Part shown: one piece after another, positions 47,300 to 57,278 of the stretch
Numbering within the stretch: position 1 is the stretch's first letter
Layout of the letters: each line of letters opens with the position of its first letter
Assembly: GCA_041602815.1 (NCBI GenBank)
Contig: JBFIFO010000003.1
Span: 1 to 58,334 of the forward strand
Length of the DNA: 58,334 bases
Reading direction: 5' to 3'
Source: Alphaproteobacteria bacterium
GTDB lineage: Bacteria > Pseudomonadota > Alphaproteobacteria > UBA8366 > JADFVY01
The notes under the pieces: model-generated
Databases searched by the model: none
What the model saw: only the letters and a program-made list of their open reading frames with translations
Told to the model about the DNA's origin: nothing
Made by a program: the position numbers and the translations under genes

Positions 47300-48295
47300 C
47301 TACATCAGCCCGTGTTCGCGGTAATACCGCTCCGCACCGCGATGCAATGGCGCCGAAAGGCCTTCCCTGACCATGCGCTTGGGATCCAGAACGCCCAAAG
47401 CCGGGTACATCTTCTTGAACGTATCGAGATTGTCGAAAACGGCCTTGACGATGGCATAGACCGTCTCCTCGTCGAGATCCTCCGAGACCACGGCCGTCGC
47501 CCGCACGCCGAAGGTGTTCACGGGTTTATCGTTTCCCCGGTACAGGCCGCCGGGAATGGTCATGTAAGAATAGTATGGGTTTTCGGCCACCAGACGGTCA
47601 ATTTCCGGCCCCTCGACGTCGACCAGAAGCGCGTCGCAGAGCTCCGTCGCCTTCTCGATCGACTTGTTGGGATGGCCGACCACATAGACCATCGCCTCTA
47701 TTCGACCGTGGCACAACGCAAGCGACTGCTGCGCCGCGGGCAGGCTGCCCGCATAAGAGAAGCTCCTTGGGGTCCATCCCATCGCATCCATGACGACCTG
47801 CATGGTGGAGCGTTGGCCGGACCCGGGGTTGCCCAGATTGACGCGTCGTCCGGCGAGGTCGGCGAGCGAGCGAATACCGGAGTCACGCCGTGCCACGAGC
47901 GTGAACGGCTCGCCATGAACGGAGAAGACCGACCGGATATTGTCGTACGACACGTCCGCGAATTCGAGGAAATCGCCAGTCTTGTTGTAAGCCTTGTAGT
48001 GCACGTCGGATTGCACAATTCCGACTTCGAAGGCGTTGAGCCGGACGCTGTCCATGTTGAACCGGGAGCCCGGGGTCGGTACCGCGGAGCATTCCAGGTC
48101 CTTCGAGTGCCGTTCCACGAGATGGCAGATGCCGCGCCCGACCTGGAAATAGACCCCCAGTACGCTGCCCGTGCCGATGACGATTTCGGTTGCGCCGGAT
48201 GCGGGCGCCGCAAACGCCGCATGCAGCGCGGCGGCCGCCCCCATCACGCGGATCAACCTCGCGCGAAGGCTGTCGAGTCGTGCCGGTGTGGGCAT
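47300..48295 (-). CDS. TAXI family TRAP solute-binding protein (paralog 3)
   Basis: [35 protein letters not shown]. Confidence 0.88.
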   Translation of the reverse strand: MPTPARLDSLRARLIRVMGAAAALHAAFAAPASGATEIVIGTGSVLGVYFQVGRGICHLVERHSKDLECSAVPTPGSRFNMDSVRLNAFEVGIVQSDVHYKAYNKTGDFLEFADVSYDNIRSVFSVHGEPFTLVARRDSGIRSLADLAGRRVNLGNPGSGQRSTMQVVMDAMGWTPRSFSYAGSLPAAQQSLALCHGRIEAMVYVVGHPNKSIEKATELCDALLVDVEGPEIDRLVAENPYYSYMTIPGGLYRGNDKPVNTFGVRATAVVSEDLDEETVYAIVKAVFDNLDTFKKMYPALGVLDPKRMVREGLSAPLHRGAERYYREHGLM

Positions 48296-48361
48296 ATGGT
48301 GGGCGCTGCCGGTTCAGATAGGGACGGGGGAACGGGCGCTGCCGTTCCCCCGAGCACCGCA

Positions 48362-49345
48362 TCACATGAGGCCGGCTTCCTTGTAGTATTTCACCGCCCC
48401 GTCGTGCAGGGGCGCCGAAAGCCCGTCACGGACCATCTCTTCCTTCTTCAGATTCTCGAAAGCCGGATGGAGCGACTTGAAATCGTCGAAGTTCTCGAAG
48501 ACGGCCTTTACGACGTTGTAGACCACGTCCGTCGGCACTGCCGACGATGTAACGAAGGTCGCGCCGACGCCGAAGGTGCGGACGTCATTATCGGAACCAG
48601 TGTACATGCCACCCGGAATTGTCGCGTGCCGGTAATAGGCGTTGTCCTTGACCAGCTTGTCGATCGCCGCACCGGAAACCTCGACGATGATGCTGTCGCA
48701 CGAGGTCGTCGCTTCCTTGATCGAGCCTGACGGATGTCCGACGGTGAAGACCATCGCATCGATCTTGTTGTCGCAGAGCGCGCTTGACTGCTCGGCGGAT
48801 TTCAGTTCCGAGGCCAGGGCGAAATCGCTCATCTTCCAGCCGAGCGCCTCCATTACGACTTCCATCGTGCCGCGTTGGCCCGAACCGGGGTTGCCGATGT
48901 TCACGCGCTTGCCCTTCAGGTCATCCAATTTCTTGATTCCCGAATCGGCGCGAGCGACGACCGTGAACGGCTCGGGATGGACCGAAAAGACCGCGCGCAG
49001 CTCCTTGAACGCGCCGGCATCGGCGAACGTGCTGGTGCCGTTATAGGCGTGATGCTGCCAGTCCGACTGGGCAACGCCCATGTCGAGCTCGCCGGCGCGG
49101 ATGGTATTGATATTGTAAACCGATCCCCCGGTGCTCTCGACCGAACAACGGATTCCGTGCTCCTTGCGCCCCTTGTTGACGAGTCGGCAGATGGCGCCTC
49201 CGGTGGGGTAATAAACCCCGGTCACGCCGCCGGTGCCGATGGTGATGAATTTCTGCTGGGCCTGCGCGGGCGCCGTGCCGAGAGACCAGATCCCTAGGGT
49301 TACGGCAGCGGCCAGCGTCGCTGCGGTCAAAATCCTTGCCTTCAT
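48362..49345 (-). CDS. TAXI family TRAP solute-binding protein (paralog 2, canonical)
   Basis: [47 protein letters not shown]. Start trimmed to ATG 49345. Confidence 0.92.
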   Translation of the reverse strand: MKARILTAATLAAAVTLGIWSLGTAPAQAQQKFITIGTGGVTGVYYPTGGAICRLVNKGRKEHGIRCSVESTGGSVYNINTIRAGELDMGVAQSDWQHHAYNGTSTFADAGAFKELRAVFSVHPEPFTVVARADSGIKKLDDLKGKRVNIGNPGSGQRGTMEVVMEALGWKMSDFALASELKSAEQSSALCDNKIDAMVFTVGHPSGSIKEATTSCDSIIVEVSGAAIDKLVKDNAYYRHATIPGGMYTGSDNDVRTFGVGATFVTSSAVPTDVVYNVVKAVFENFDDFKSLHPAFENLKKEEMVRDGLSAPLHDGAVKYYKEAGLM

Positions 49346-49528
49346 GAGAAGCTCCCGTTTCTGTTTTGGTTTGCGCCGTATGTCGGCGCTGTTCCTTGGC
49401 GACGGATATCCTGGCGCACGGCCCGACGCATCACGGCGATCGGCCATGAGATATCCGAAGGGATATGCGCGACTATGACTCCCCGGTATGCGCGGCGTCA
49501 ACCGCGAATGCGCCGATTTCCAAGGCTT

Positions 49529-50566
49529 TCACGGAAGCACGCCGTGTGATTTGAAGGCCGTTTTGGCCCCCTCGTGGAGCGGCAATGCGATCCCCGATGT
49601 CGCCATCGTCTTGCGGTCGAGGCGGGCTAGCGCCGGATGTTGATCGGTCAGGGTCGATAACGCGCCAAGCACTGCGTCCACGACAGTCTCGACGATTTCG
49701 CTCTCGACCTGCGTCGTGGTGGCGAGAATCGCCCGCAGGCCGAATGTCGGTACGTCGTCGGGCGCGCCGACGTAAAGGCCGCCCGGCACAATGGCAGGTG
49801 CGAGCTCCGGACGGCTCTCCAACAGCTTGTCGACCTCAGGCCCGAAAACCGGCACGAGGCGCAGATCGCAACGCTGTATGGCGTCGGCCAGCACCGGCGA
49901 CGGATGCGCCGCGACGACGGCCGCCGCGTCCAGCTCGCCCGTGCACAACGCCGTGAACTGCTCCGCTGCGGATACCACCATGACCTGTGCGAGATCGTCC
50001 TCGTCGAGATTGATGGCCCGAAACAGGGTTTCGGTCAGAACGCGCTGGTACGTGTAGGCCGGCCCCAGATTGACCCGCTTGTTCTCAAGGTCCGCCGGCT
50101 TTGCGATGCCCGCGCCGGCGCGTGCGACCAGGGTAAGGGCTTCGGCATGCAGGGACAGGACGGCGCGGAGGGATTCGTCGGGCCCGTTCGGCCGGAACAG
50201 GCTGGTCCCCCTCGATGCGTGCATCAGCCAGTCCGACTGGACGACAGCAAAGTCGAGTAGTCCGCCGGCGAGCCGCTCGAGGTTCGCCGACGAATTCGCA
50301 TTGCTTTCCACAAGGCAGCGCCGGCCCGGCGCCTGTTGGGAGACGACGCGGCAGATCGCGCCGGCTGCGGGGAAATACACGCCGGCCACGGTGCCGCCAC
50401 CGATCACGATGTCGCGTTCGGGCGCCGACTCGCCTGCCGCTGCTCCCGGCTCGGCGCTCTCGGCGGCATCGGCATCGTCGTGGTTGTCCGGTCTGGCCGG
50501 CTGTGCCGTGGCGATCAGCAGCGCCGCAAGCAGTCCGGACAAGAGCCTCGATCGCAACACGGTCAT
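49529..50566 (-). CDS. TAXI family TRAP solute-binding protein (paralog 1, divergent)
   Basis: Signal peptide plus acidic linker; IGGGTVAGVYF, VQSD, RVNLGP, LPLHEGA. Confidence 0.8.
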   Translation of the reverse strand: MTVLRSRLLSGLLAALLIATAQPARPDNHDDADAAESAEPGAAAGESAPERDIVIGGGTVAGVYFPAAGAICRVVSQQAPGRRCLVESNANSSANLERLAGGLLDFAVVQSDWLMHASRGTSLFRPNGPDESLRAVLSLHAEALTLVARAGAGIAKPADLENKRVNLGPAYTYQRVLTETLFRAINLDEDDLAQVMVVSAAEQFTALCTGELDAAAVVAAHPSPVLADAIQRCDLRLVPVFGPEVDKLLESRPELAPAIVPGGLYVGAPDDVPTFGLRAILATTTQVESEIVETVVDAVLGALSTLTDQHPALARLDRKTMATSGIALPLHEGAKTAFKSHGVLP

Positions 50567-51405
50567 GGCCTCCCCAGGTGTGCGCGGGCCAGGTCGGCGC
50601 CGGCCAGGGGACGACCGAGCAGTTTCGCACCGTCCGCGATCTGCCCGACAAGCGCCGCATTGTCCGGGGCGACCGATCCATCCGCCAGGTGGATATTGTT
50701 CTCGAAGCCGACGCGCGCGTGCCCGCCGAGCGCCGCCGCGGTCAGCGCGCAGGCCGATTCACGGGGGCCGAAGGCGCAGATCGCCCAATCGAGCGCAAGG
50801 CCTGTGTCCGCCTGGACGAACGGCAGAAGATCGGCAGGAACCGACTTCTGTCCCGGCGTATAGCGGCCCAGCACGTACAGCACGAACGGCCTGTCATAGG
50901 GCACGGCACCGCGCTGCCGCAGAGCCGCGAACCGGTCGCAGTCCTCCGGCGAATAAAGGATGAACTGCGGGCTGATGCGCTCGCCCTTTAGCCACGACAG
51001 GAACCCGGCGAAACCGGCGACCGATTCCTCGTCCGGGCACAGCTCGCGAATCGCCATCGACACCGCCTCGGGTCGGACCGCGCGCACTGCCGCCATCTGC
51101 TCCGCCGGCCGGTAGATCCCGACCGCCTCGGTCGTCATCTGGACGATCATGGCATCGCCGGTCTCGCGCCGAACCGCGGCGATGGCCTCCTCGTACAGAG
51201 CCGCGTCGAGACTGTGCCTGCCCTCGGCGTCGCGCACGTGCAGGTGGATCATCGCCGCCCCGGCCTCCCGGCACGCGGCCGCAGCGCGGGCGCATTCATC
51301 CGCCGCGACCGGCATCGACGGATGGTCCGTCTTGCCCTTGCGCGCCCCGTTCGGGGCCACCGCCAGGATGAGTGGCGCGTCGATGTCCAGATTCTGCGTG
51401 CTCAT
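50563..51405 (-). CDS. Beta-keto acid cleavage enzyme (BKACE / 3-keto-5-aminohexanoate cleavage family, DUF849)
   Basis: LILAVAPNGAR, AGAAMIHLHVRD (Zn HxH), GGHARVGFENN. Start ATG 51405 overlaps the aminotransferase stop. Confidence 0.9.
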   Translation of the reverse strand: MSTQNLDIDAPLILAVAPNGARKGKTDHPSMPVAADECARAAAACREAGAAMIHLHVRDAEGRHSLDAALYEEAIAAVRRETGDAMIVQMTTEAVGIYRPAEQMAAVRAVRPEAVSMAIRELCPDEESVAGFAGFLSWLKGERISPQFILYSPEDCDRFAALRQRGAVPYDRPFVLYVLGRYTPGQKSVPADLLPFVQADTGLALDWAICAFGPRESACALTAAALGGHARVGFENNIHLADGSVAPDNAALVGQIADGAKLLGRPLAGADLARAHLGRP

Positions 51406-52736
51406 GTGGCGGACGCCTCGATCGCCGCATCGATCGCCTCGGCCAGGCGATCGACGATCAGGTCGATATGGCCGGGCTCGACGATGAAGGGCGGTGCCAG
51501 CAGCACATGGTCGCCCTTCTCGCCGTCGACCGTCCCGCCCATGGGATAGCAAATCAGGCCGCGCCGCATCGCCTCGGCCTTGATGCGCGCGTTGATGCGC
51601 CGGGTCGGATCGAACGGCTCCTTCGTCGCGCGGTCGGCGACCAGCTCGACGCCGCGAAACAGGCCGCGCCCCCGGATGTCGCCAACATGGCGGTGGTTGC
51701 CCAGCCGTTCGGTCAGCGCGCGGTCCAGCAGATCGCCCATGGTCCGCACATTGGCCAGCAGATCCTCCTCGGCGATGACCTTCTGCACCTCAAGGGCGGC
51801 CGCGCAGGCCGTCGGGTGTCCCATATAGGTGTGGCCGTGCTGGAAGAAGCCGGAGCCGTCGCGAATCGCATCGTAGATGCGGCCGGCGACCATGGTTGCG
51901 CCGATCGGCTGATAGCCGGCGCCGAGTCCTTTCGCCACGGTCATGATGTCGGGCGCTACGCCGTCCTGCTCGCAGGCGTGCAGCGTGCCGGTCCGTCCCA
52001 TGCCGCACATCACCTCGTCGAGGATCAGCACCACGCCGTAGCGGTCGCAGATCTCGCGAATCCGCTCGAAGTAGCCCTCGGCGGCGGGGACCGCGCCGAG
52101 CGTCGCACCGACCACCGGCTCGGCGATGAAGGCGATGACGCTGTCGGCGCCGAGCTCGAGGATCTTGGCCTCCAGCTCGTCGGCGACGCGTCGACCGAAG
52201 TCCGCCTCGCTCTCGCCGTCTCCGGCCCAGCGGTATGCGAAGCAGGGCGAGATGTGGTGGGTTTCGATCAGCAGCGGCTCGTACTGCCGGCGCCGCCACA
52301 TGTTGCCGCCGGCCGCCAGTGCCCCCAGGGTATTGCCGTGATAGCTCTGCAGCCGCGCGATCACATGCCGGCGCTGCGTCTGGCCGATCTCGACGAAATA
52401 CTGCCGCGCCAGCTTGAGCGCCGCCTCCACCGCCTCCGAGCCGCCGGAGACGAAATAAACATGGTCGATGCCGGCCGGCGCGTCGGCGACCAGCCGGTCG
52501 GCCAGCGCTTCCGCCGCCTCGCTGGTGAAGAATCCGGTATGGGCGAACGGGATGGCGTCCAGCTGCGCCTTGATCGCGGCCACCACCCGGGCGTTGCTGT
52601 GGCCGAGGCAGGACACCGCGGCGCCGCCGGAGGCGTCGAGATAGCGCTTGCCGTCCCGGTCCTCGATGAACACGCCGTCGCCCTTGACGGCGACCGGGAA
52701 ACTGGCCTTGGTGTGGCGGTGAAAGACGTGCGTCAT
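51402..52736 (-). CDS. Class III aminotransferase (omega/beta-amino acid type)
   Basis: YLDASGGAAVSCLGH, SGGSEAVE, SYHGNT, AFIAEPVVG, ILDEVMCGMGRTG, VAKGLGAGY, HGHTY. Start trimmed to ATG 52736. Confidence 0.92.
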   Translation of the reverse strand: MTHVFHRHTKASFPVAVKGDGVFIEDRDGKRYLDASGGAAVSCLGHSNARVVAAIKAQLDAIPFAHTGFFTSEAAEALADRLVADAPAGIDHVYFVSGGSEAVEAALKLARQYFVEIGQTQRRHVIARLQSYHGNTLGALAAGGNMWRRRQYEPLLIETHHISPCFAYRWAGDGESEADFGRRVADELEAKILELGADSVIAFIAEPVVGATLGAVPAAEGYFERIREICDRYGVVLILDEVMCGMGRTGTLHACEQDGVAPDIMTVAKGLGAGYQPIGATMVAGRIYDAIRDGSGFFQHGHTYMGHPTACAAALEVQKVIAEEDLLANVRTMGDLLDRALTERLGNHRHVGDIRGRGLFRGVELVADRATKEPFDPTRRINARIKAEAMRRGLICYPMGGTVDGEKGDHVLLAPPFIVEPGHIDLIVDRLAEAIDAAIEASAT

Positions 52737-52885
52737 GGCCTCGGAAATCCGTGACTGGCGATGCGCCGGGGGCTGGTCCCGACGGCGGCCCATAATGGCG
52801 TCGCCCCCGGCCAAGGTCCAGACGATGTTGCGCGATCTCGAAGCTGAATCGCGTCGCCGCTACGTCGCGGCCGGTTTCTTGACCC

Positions 52886-53548
52886 TCACGCGCCGGGCCC
52901 GCGCACGATCTTCTCGCCCTCGGTCAGGGTCCACACGACGATGCGCTTGATCGTGCCGCCGAGCGCCTCGTCGAACGCCATCACGATGCCGGCCATCGCG
53001 TTCCGCTCCGCCCTTACCCGATGTTCAAACGTCTGCGAGGCGACGATAACCCGCTGCGGCATGCGCACCAGCTTGGCGTTGATGCGCACGCGGACCCACG
53101 GCGGCTCGCTGGTGGCGCCCTCCGCCGGCTTCCGGTCGTACTCCGCCTGGAACTCGCGCAGTTCCGTCTTGAGGAGCAGGTTGGAGCGCAGGCCGATGGC
53201 ATCGCTGCCGACCGCGACGATACGCCCGGAATTCTCGAACGATTCGACGATCAGCCGCTGCACCATCTCCGGCGCCCGGTCGGTCCAGTTGGCGCGGGCG
53301 AAATAATCGATCTCGATCGGGCTGTACGAGACCGCGATGCGCGGCGAATCGAGTGCCGCCGGCGACGTCGTCTTCTCCACCAGCAGCTGCCAGTCCACGT
53401 GGACCAGATCGTCCGGATAGGTGCTCTTGGGGGTCAGCACATAGAGCTGCGCCGGCTCTCCCGTCCCCGGAAGCGGCACGGTGCAGCCCACCAGGACGGC
53501 GGCCAACACCAGGGCGGCGATCGCCTGGCACCCGATCCCTCGCATCAT
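52886..53548 (-). CDS. ABC-type transport auxiliary lipoprotein (PqiC-like)
   Basis: Lipobox LVGC; LDSPRIAV, ANWTDRAPEMVQ, LKTELREFQA. Only the last 220 aa of the long ORF are the real gene. Confidence 0.85.
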   Translation of the reverse strand: MMRGIGCQAIAALVLAAVLVGCTVPLPGTGEPAQLYVLTPKSTYPDDLVHVDWQLLVEKTTSPAALDSPRIAVSYSPIEIDYFARANWTDRAPEMVQRLIVESFENSGRIVAVGSDAIGLRSNLLLKTELREFQAEYDRKPAEGATSEPPWVRVRINAKLVRMPQRVIVASQTFEHRVRAERNAMAGIVMAFDEALGGTIKRIVVWTLTEGEKIVRGPGA

Positions 53549-54498
53549 TTTACCTCCACCCCCTGTTGCTGGTCGCCGAACAGGAACCGCGCCGGGTCGC
53601 GCTCGATCTGTTCGGTCAGGCGGCTCAGCGCGCTGACCAGCACGCGCGCCTCGGCCATCAGCTGCCCAAACTCGTATAGGCCGGTGGCGCTGAAATTGCT
53701 GATCGGTTCGCGGTTCTCGGTCATGAATCTCGCGAATTCCTCCGAAGCGATGGTCAGCTGCGCGATCGCCGCGCGGACCTCCGCGAGAACGAGGCGCGTG
53801 TCCTTCGCAACGCCGCCGACATCCTTTTCGATCGAGGCGAGCATGACGTTGGCCCGGTCGGTAACCTGGCGCAGTCCTTCCATCGTCCGCGCCCCTTCGG
53901 CCAACATCGCCTCGATCTTGTCGCCGCTGCCCGCCAGGGTGCCGGTCATCGTTTCGATATTGTCGAGGGAACTCGCGATGCGTTCCAGGTTCTCGTCGCC
54001 GAGCAGCTTTTCCATCTGGCCGACCACCGCGATGGTCCGGTTGAGCAGTTCCGGTGCCGCGTCGATCAGGGCCGCCAGCTGTGACGGACTCGACCGGATG
54101 ACGGCCCGGTCGCGGCCGGGCGCGGGCCTGAGGGGCGGCGACTTCTGCGTGCCGCCGGTCAGCTGGATGTACGATACGCCGGTCACGCCCTGCATCGCGA
54201 GCGTCGCCTCGGTATCCTCGCGGATCGGCGTGCCGATCGTCACCTCGATGGTGACCAGGACCTGCTCGACGTTGTCCGGATCGATTCGCATATCGACGAC
54301 TCCGCCCACCGGAATACCCCTGTATTGCACGGCATTGCCCGGCTTGAGGCCGGCGACGCTGCCCTCGAAATAGATGTCGTAGAGAACCGTGCCGCGATCG
54401 GCCCGCGTGCCGGCGACCCAGACCGCGGCGGCGATGCTCGCCGTGATGCCGACGACGACGAAGATCCCGACCAGCAGATAGCTCGCGCGTGTCTCCAC
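53545..54498 (-). CDS. MCE/MlaD family protein
   Basis: GTG start METRASYLLVG; FEGSVAGLKPGNAVQYRGIPVGGV; GVTGVSYIQL; C-terminal helical region ending DPARFLFG. Confidence 0.9.
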   Translation of the reverse strand: METRASYLLVGIFVVVGITASIAAAVWVAGTRADRGTVLYDIYFEGSVAGLKPGNAVQYRGIPVGGVVDMRIDPDNVEQVLVTIEVTIGTPIREDTEATLAMQGVTGVSYIQLTGGTQKSPPLRPAPGRDRAVIRSSPSQLAALIDAAPELLNRTIAVVGQMEKLLGDENLERIASSLDNIETMTGTLAGSGDKIEAMLAEGARTMEGLRQVTDRANVMLASIEKDVGGVAKDTRLVLAEVRAAIAQLTIASEEFARFMTENREPISNFSATGLYEFGQLMAEARVLVSALSRLTEQIERDPARFLFGDQQQGVEVK

Positions 54499-55286
54499 TA
54501 TGACCCTTCCCCGGACGGCGTTCCCGCGGCTGCGAAGGCGGCGCGCGCCCGCGGCCCGTGGAAATAGGCCTGAATCCACGGATGCATGTCGCGCATGTGC
54601 TCGGCCATTGTGCCCACGCGGACCTGTTTGTCCACCAGCACGGCAATGCGGTCGCAGATCGCGGCGAGGCTGTCGAGATCGTGCGTCACCATGATGACGG
54701 TCAGGCCCAGGCTCCGCTGCAGGCCGCGGATCAGCTCGTCGAACTCGGCGGCGCCGATCGGATCGAGGCCGGCGGTCGGCTCGTCGAGGAAGACCACCTC
54801 CGGATCCAGCGCCAGGGCCCGGGCCAGGCCCGCACGCTTGCGCATGCCGCCGGACAGTTCGGCCGGATATTTCGGGCCCGCATCGGCCGGCAGACCCACC
54901 ATGGCGATCTTCAGTGCCGCCATTTCGTCCATGAGCTGTCGTGGCAGCCGCAGGTGTTCGCGCATCGGCGCCTGCACGTTCTCGGTGACCGTGAGCGACG
55001 AGAACAGGGCGCCGTCCTGGAACAGCACGCCGCAGCGGGTCTGGGCCGCCGCGCGGGCCTCGGCATCGCCGCGCAGCACGTCGATCCCGAGCAGCTCCAC
55101 GGTGCCGGCGCGCGGGCGGTTGAGGCCGAGGATGGTGCGCATCAGCACCGATTTGCCGCTGCCCGAGCCGCCGACCACGCCGAGCACCTCGCCGCGCCGC
55201 ACCTCCAGATCCAGCGCGTCATGGACCACCTGCTCGCCGAACTGGTTGCGCAGCCCGTGCACGCGGATCACCGCCTCGCCGGCCAT
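54498..55286 (-). CDS. MlaF-like ABC ATP-binding protein
   Basis: GGSGSGKS, LFQDGALFSS, LSGGMRKR, FLDEPTAGLDP, VTHD. Confidence 0.93.
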   Translation of the reverse strand: MAGEAVIRVHGLRNQFGEQVVHDALDLEVRRGEVLGVVGGSGSGKSVLMRTILGLNRPRAGTVELLGIDVLRGDAEARAAAQTRCGVLFQDGALFSSLTVTENVQAPMREHLRLPRQLMDEMAALKIAMVGLPADAGPKYPAELSGGMRKRAGLARALALDPEVVFLDEPTAGLDPIGAAEFDELIRGLQRSLGLTVIMVTHDLDSLAAICDRIAVLVDKQVRVGTMAEHMRDMHPWIQAYFHGPRARAAFAAAGTPSGEGS

Positions 55287-55288
55287 CC

Positions 55289-56422
55289 TCAGATCCCCAT
55301 CGTGGCGAACATGATGGAGAACGCCGCGTCGGCGACGATCACGAGGAAGATCGACAGCACGACGGCGCGCGTCGTCATCTGGCCGACGCTCTCGGCGCCT
55401 CCGGACACCCGCAGGCCCTCGTAGCAGCCGACGATGGCGATGATGAAGGCGAACGCCGGCGCCTTGACCAGCCCGACCATGAAATGCGCGAAGGTCGCCG
55501 CCTCCTCGAGCCGGACCAGGAACTGGGTCGTGCTCATGTCCATGGTGACGACCGCCATCGCGGCGCCGCCGACCAGCCCGACGATGTCGGCGAACACCGT
55601 GAGAATCGGCAGCGCGATCACGAGGGCGATGAGCCGGGGCAGCACCAGCACTTCCACCGGGTCGAGTCCCAGCGCCTGCATCGCCGCGATCTCTTCGTTC
55701 ACCTTCATGGTGCCGATCTCCGCCGTGAAGGCGGAGCCCGAGCGGCCCGCGATCATGATCGCCGTGAGCAACACGCCGAGCTCGCGCAGGATCGTAATGG
55801 CGAGCATGTCGATGGTCAGGATCTCGAAGCCGAGGCTGCGCAATTGGACCGAGCCCTGGTAGGCGATCACGATGCCGATCAGGAAGGTCATCAGGAGGAT
55901 GATCGGGATCGCGTTCAGCCCGGCCCGCTCGATCTGGTTGGCCAGCGAGACGAGGCGGAACCGGTGCGGCCGCCAGAGATAGCGCAGGGCGGCGACCGTG
56001 ACCTCGCCGACGAAACCGAGCAACACCAGGACTTCGCGCGCCGCCTCGACGGTGGAACGGCCGAGCCGCTCGATGACGACGGCAAGAGGGTTGCGGCGCG
56101 GCGCTTCCGGCGGCCCCCGGCCCTCGTTGTCGGCCACGAGCTCGAACAGCGGCTTCATCTGCGCGGAAATGCCCTCGAAATCAACGCGCGCCCCCGCCGC
56201 CTGGTAGCGGTGCGCCGCGGTGCGCAGCAGGTGGACGCCCGCCGTGTCGACGCGGTCCAGCGCCGACAGATCGAAGCGGACGCGCTCGGCCTGCTCCGGC
56301 TCCAGCCCCATGACGGCCTGCTCGAGCGCGGCCGCCCCGGCAATCGTCCACATACCGCCCGCCGAAACGACGAGCTGCCCGTCCGCCGCTGCCTGTCTGA
56401 TCCAGCCCGGCCCGTCGCCCAT
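55289..56422 (-). CDS. MlaE permease with N-terminal STAS (MlaB-like) domain
   Basis: N-terminal FDLSALDRVDTAG (STAS); LRELGVLLTAIMIAGRSGSAFTAEIGTMKVNEE; VGQMTTRAVV. Start trimmed to ATG 56422. Confidence 0.92.
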   Translation of the reverse strand: MGDGPGWIRQAAADGQLVVSAGGMWTIAGAAALEQAVMGLEPEQAERVRFDLSALDRVDTAGVHLLRTAAHRYQAAGARVDFEGISAQMKPLFELVADNEGRGPPEAPRRNPLAVVIERLGRSTVEAAREVLVLLGFVGEVTVAALRYLWRPHRFRLVSLANQIERAGLNAIPIILLMTFLIGIVIAYQGSVQLRSLGFEILTIDMLAITILRELGVLLTAIMIAGRSGSAFTAEIGTMKVNEEIAAMQALGLDPVEVLVLPRLIALVIALPILTVFADIVGLVGGAAMAVVTMDMSTTQFLVRLEEAATFAHFMVGLVKAPAFAFIIAIVGCYEGLRVSGGAESVGQMTTRAVVLSIFLVIVADAAFSIMFATMGI

Positions 56423-56725
56423 GCCTGCCCCGCTACGGTTCGCGCTCGGAGCATAGCCGAGTCGCCCGGCCCGGCAAAGCGGGCGGATGCGACGCGGCCG
56501 CCGGGCCGGGCCGCGGGGCCGGAACCGGCGGAACGAGCCCATGCGTTAGGGATTTCCGCGGGTTTCAGGATCGCCGAATTGGCCCGCTCACGCGATCGTG
56601 TGCGGCGCGCGCCACGCGGTATCGAATCGTGACCGGACGGGGAGCGTTTCGTGAGGATTTGCCGCCAATCCTGTCCGCCCGGGCCAGTACGGCCCGTGCA
56701 CTCAGATCTGGAAAGGAAGGTCCCC

Positions 56726-57106
56726 ATGAAAACATTGAAGATCCTGACAACGGTCCTGCCGGTGCTCGCGCTCGCCGCCGGGGTTACGGTCTCGAGCGGG
56801 GCCGGCGCGGCGGCATCGTTCGCCACGCCGCCGGCCGGCGCACCGCGCGGCACCGGCCCGGTCGTCTACGTGACCGGCCAGGACCTCTACTTCGATACCA
56901 TCGTGCTCGGCCCGCTGCCGTTCGAGGGACCGTTCCAGAAACTCGAGGCGGCCGGGCCGACCGGCCTGCAGACCGACTTCGGCCCGGGCGACCACGGCTA
57001 TGTCGGCGGCCGCTGGTGGCTCGACGCCAACGGCGACGACGTGATGGACGCCGGCGACGTGTACTTCCTGTGCCCGCTGCTGGGGCCGGGCCGGGCCGCA
57101 CCGTGA
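56726..57106 (+). CDS. Small secreted hypothetical protein with an EF-hand-like acidic loop
   Basis: RBS GAAAGGAAGG; signal peptide; [32 protein letters not shown]; strong GC3 codon bias. Confidence 0.75.
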   Translation: MKTLKILTTVLPVLALAAGVTVSSGAGAAASFATPPAGAPRGTGPVVYVTGQDLYFDTIVLGPLPFEGPFQKLEAAGPTGLQTDFGPGDHGYVGGRWWLDANGDDVMDAGDVYFLCPLLGPGRAAP

Positions 57107-57122
57107 CGCCACACTGACGGCG

Positions 57123-57170
57123 CCGCCGCGACTCCCCGGCGGCGTGCCGCCGTCCGGGGAGCCGTGGCGG
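57123..57170 (+). terminator. Long GC-rich hairpin after the small secreted gene
   Basis: 17-bp arms CCGCCGCGACTCCCCGG / CCGGGGAGCCGTGGCGG with one mismatch and one GU pair; no U-tract. Confidence 0.45.
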
Positions 57171-57278
57171 TCCAGCCGGAAGACCTCCACGGGCCCCGGT
57201 CATTGCGCCGCATTGCCCCCGCCGGTGCGCCTCGCTAAAGTGCCGCCGGCCACATTCGTTGACGGGGGCGGCGCACGC

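Noticed and set aside
52886-54646. 586-aa ORF suggesting a large fusion
   Set aside because: Only the C-terminal 220 aa (lipoprotein, start 53548) are real; the rest is an alternate frame of the MlaD gene.
52886-56422. MlaE(STAS)-MlaF-MlaD-PqiC-like operon as a novel system
   Set aside because: A common proteobacterial MCE transporter arrangement; annotated as features only.
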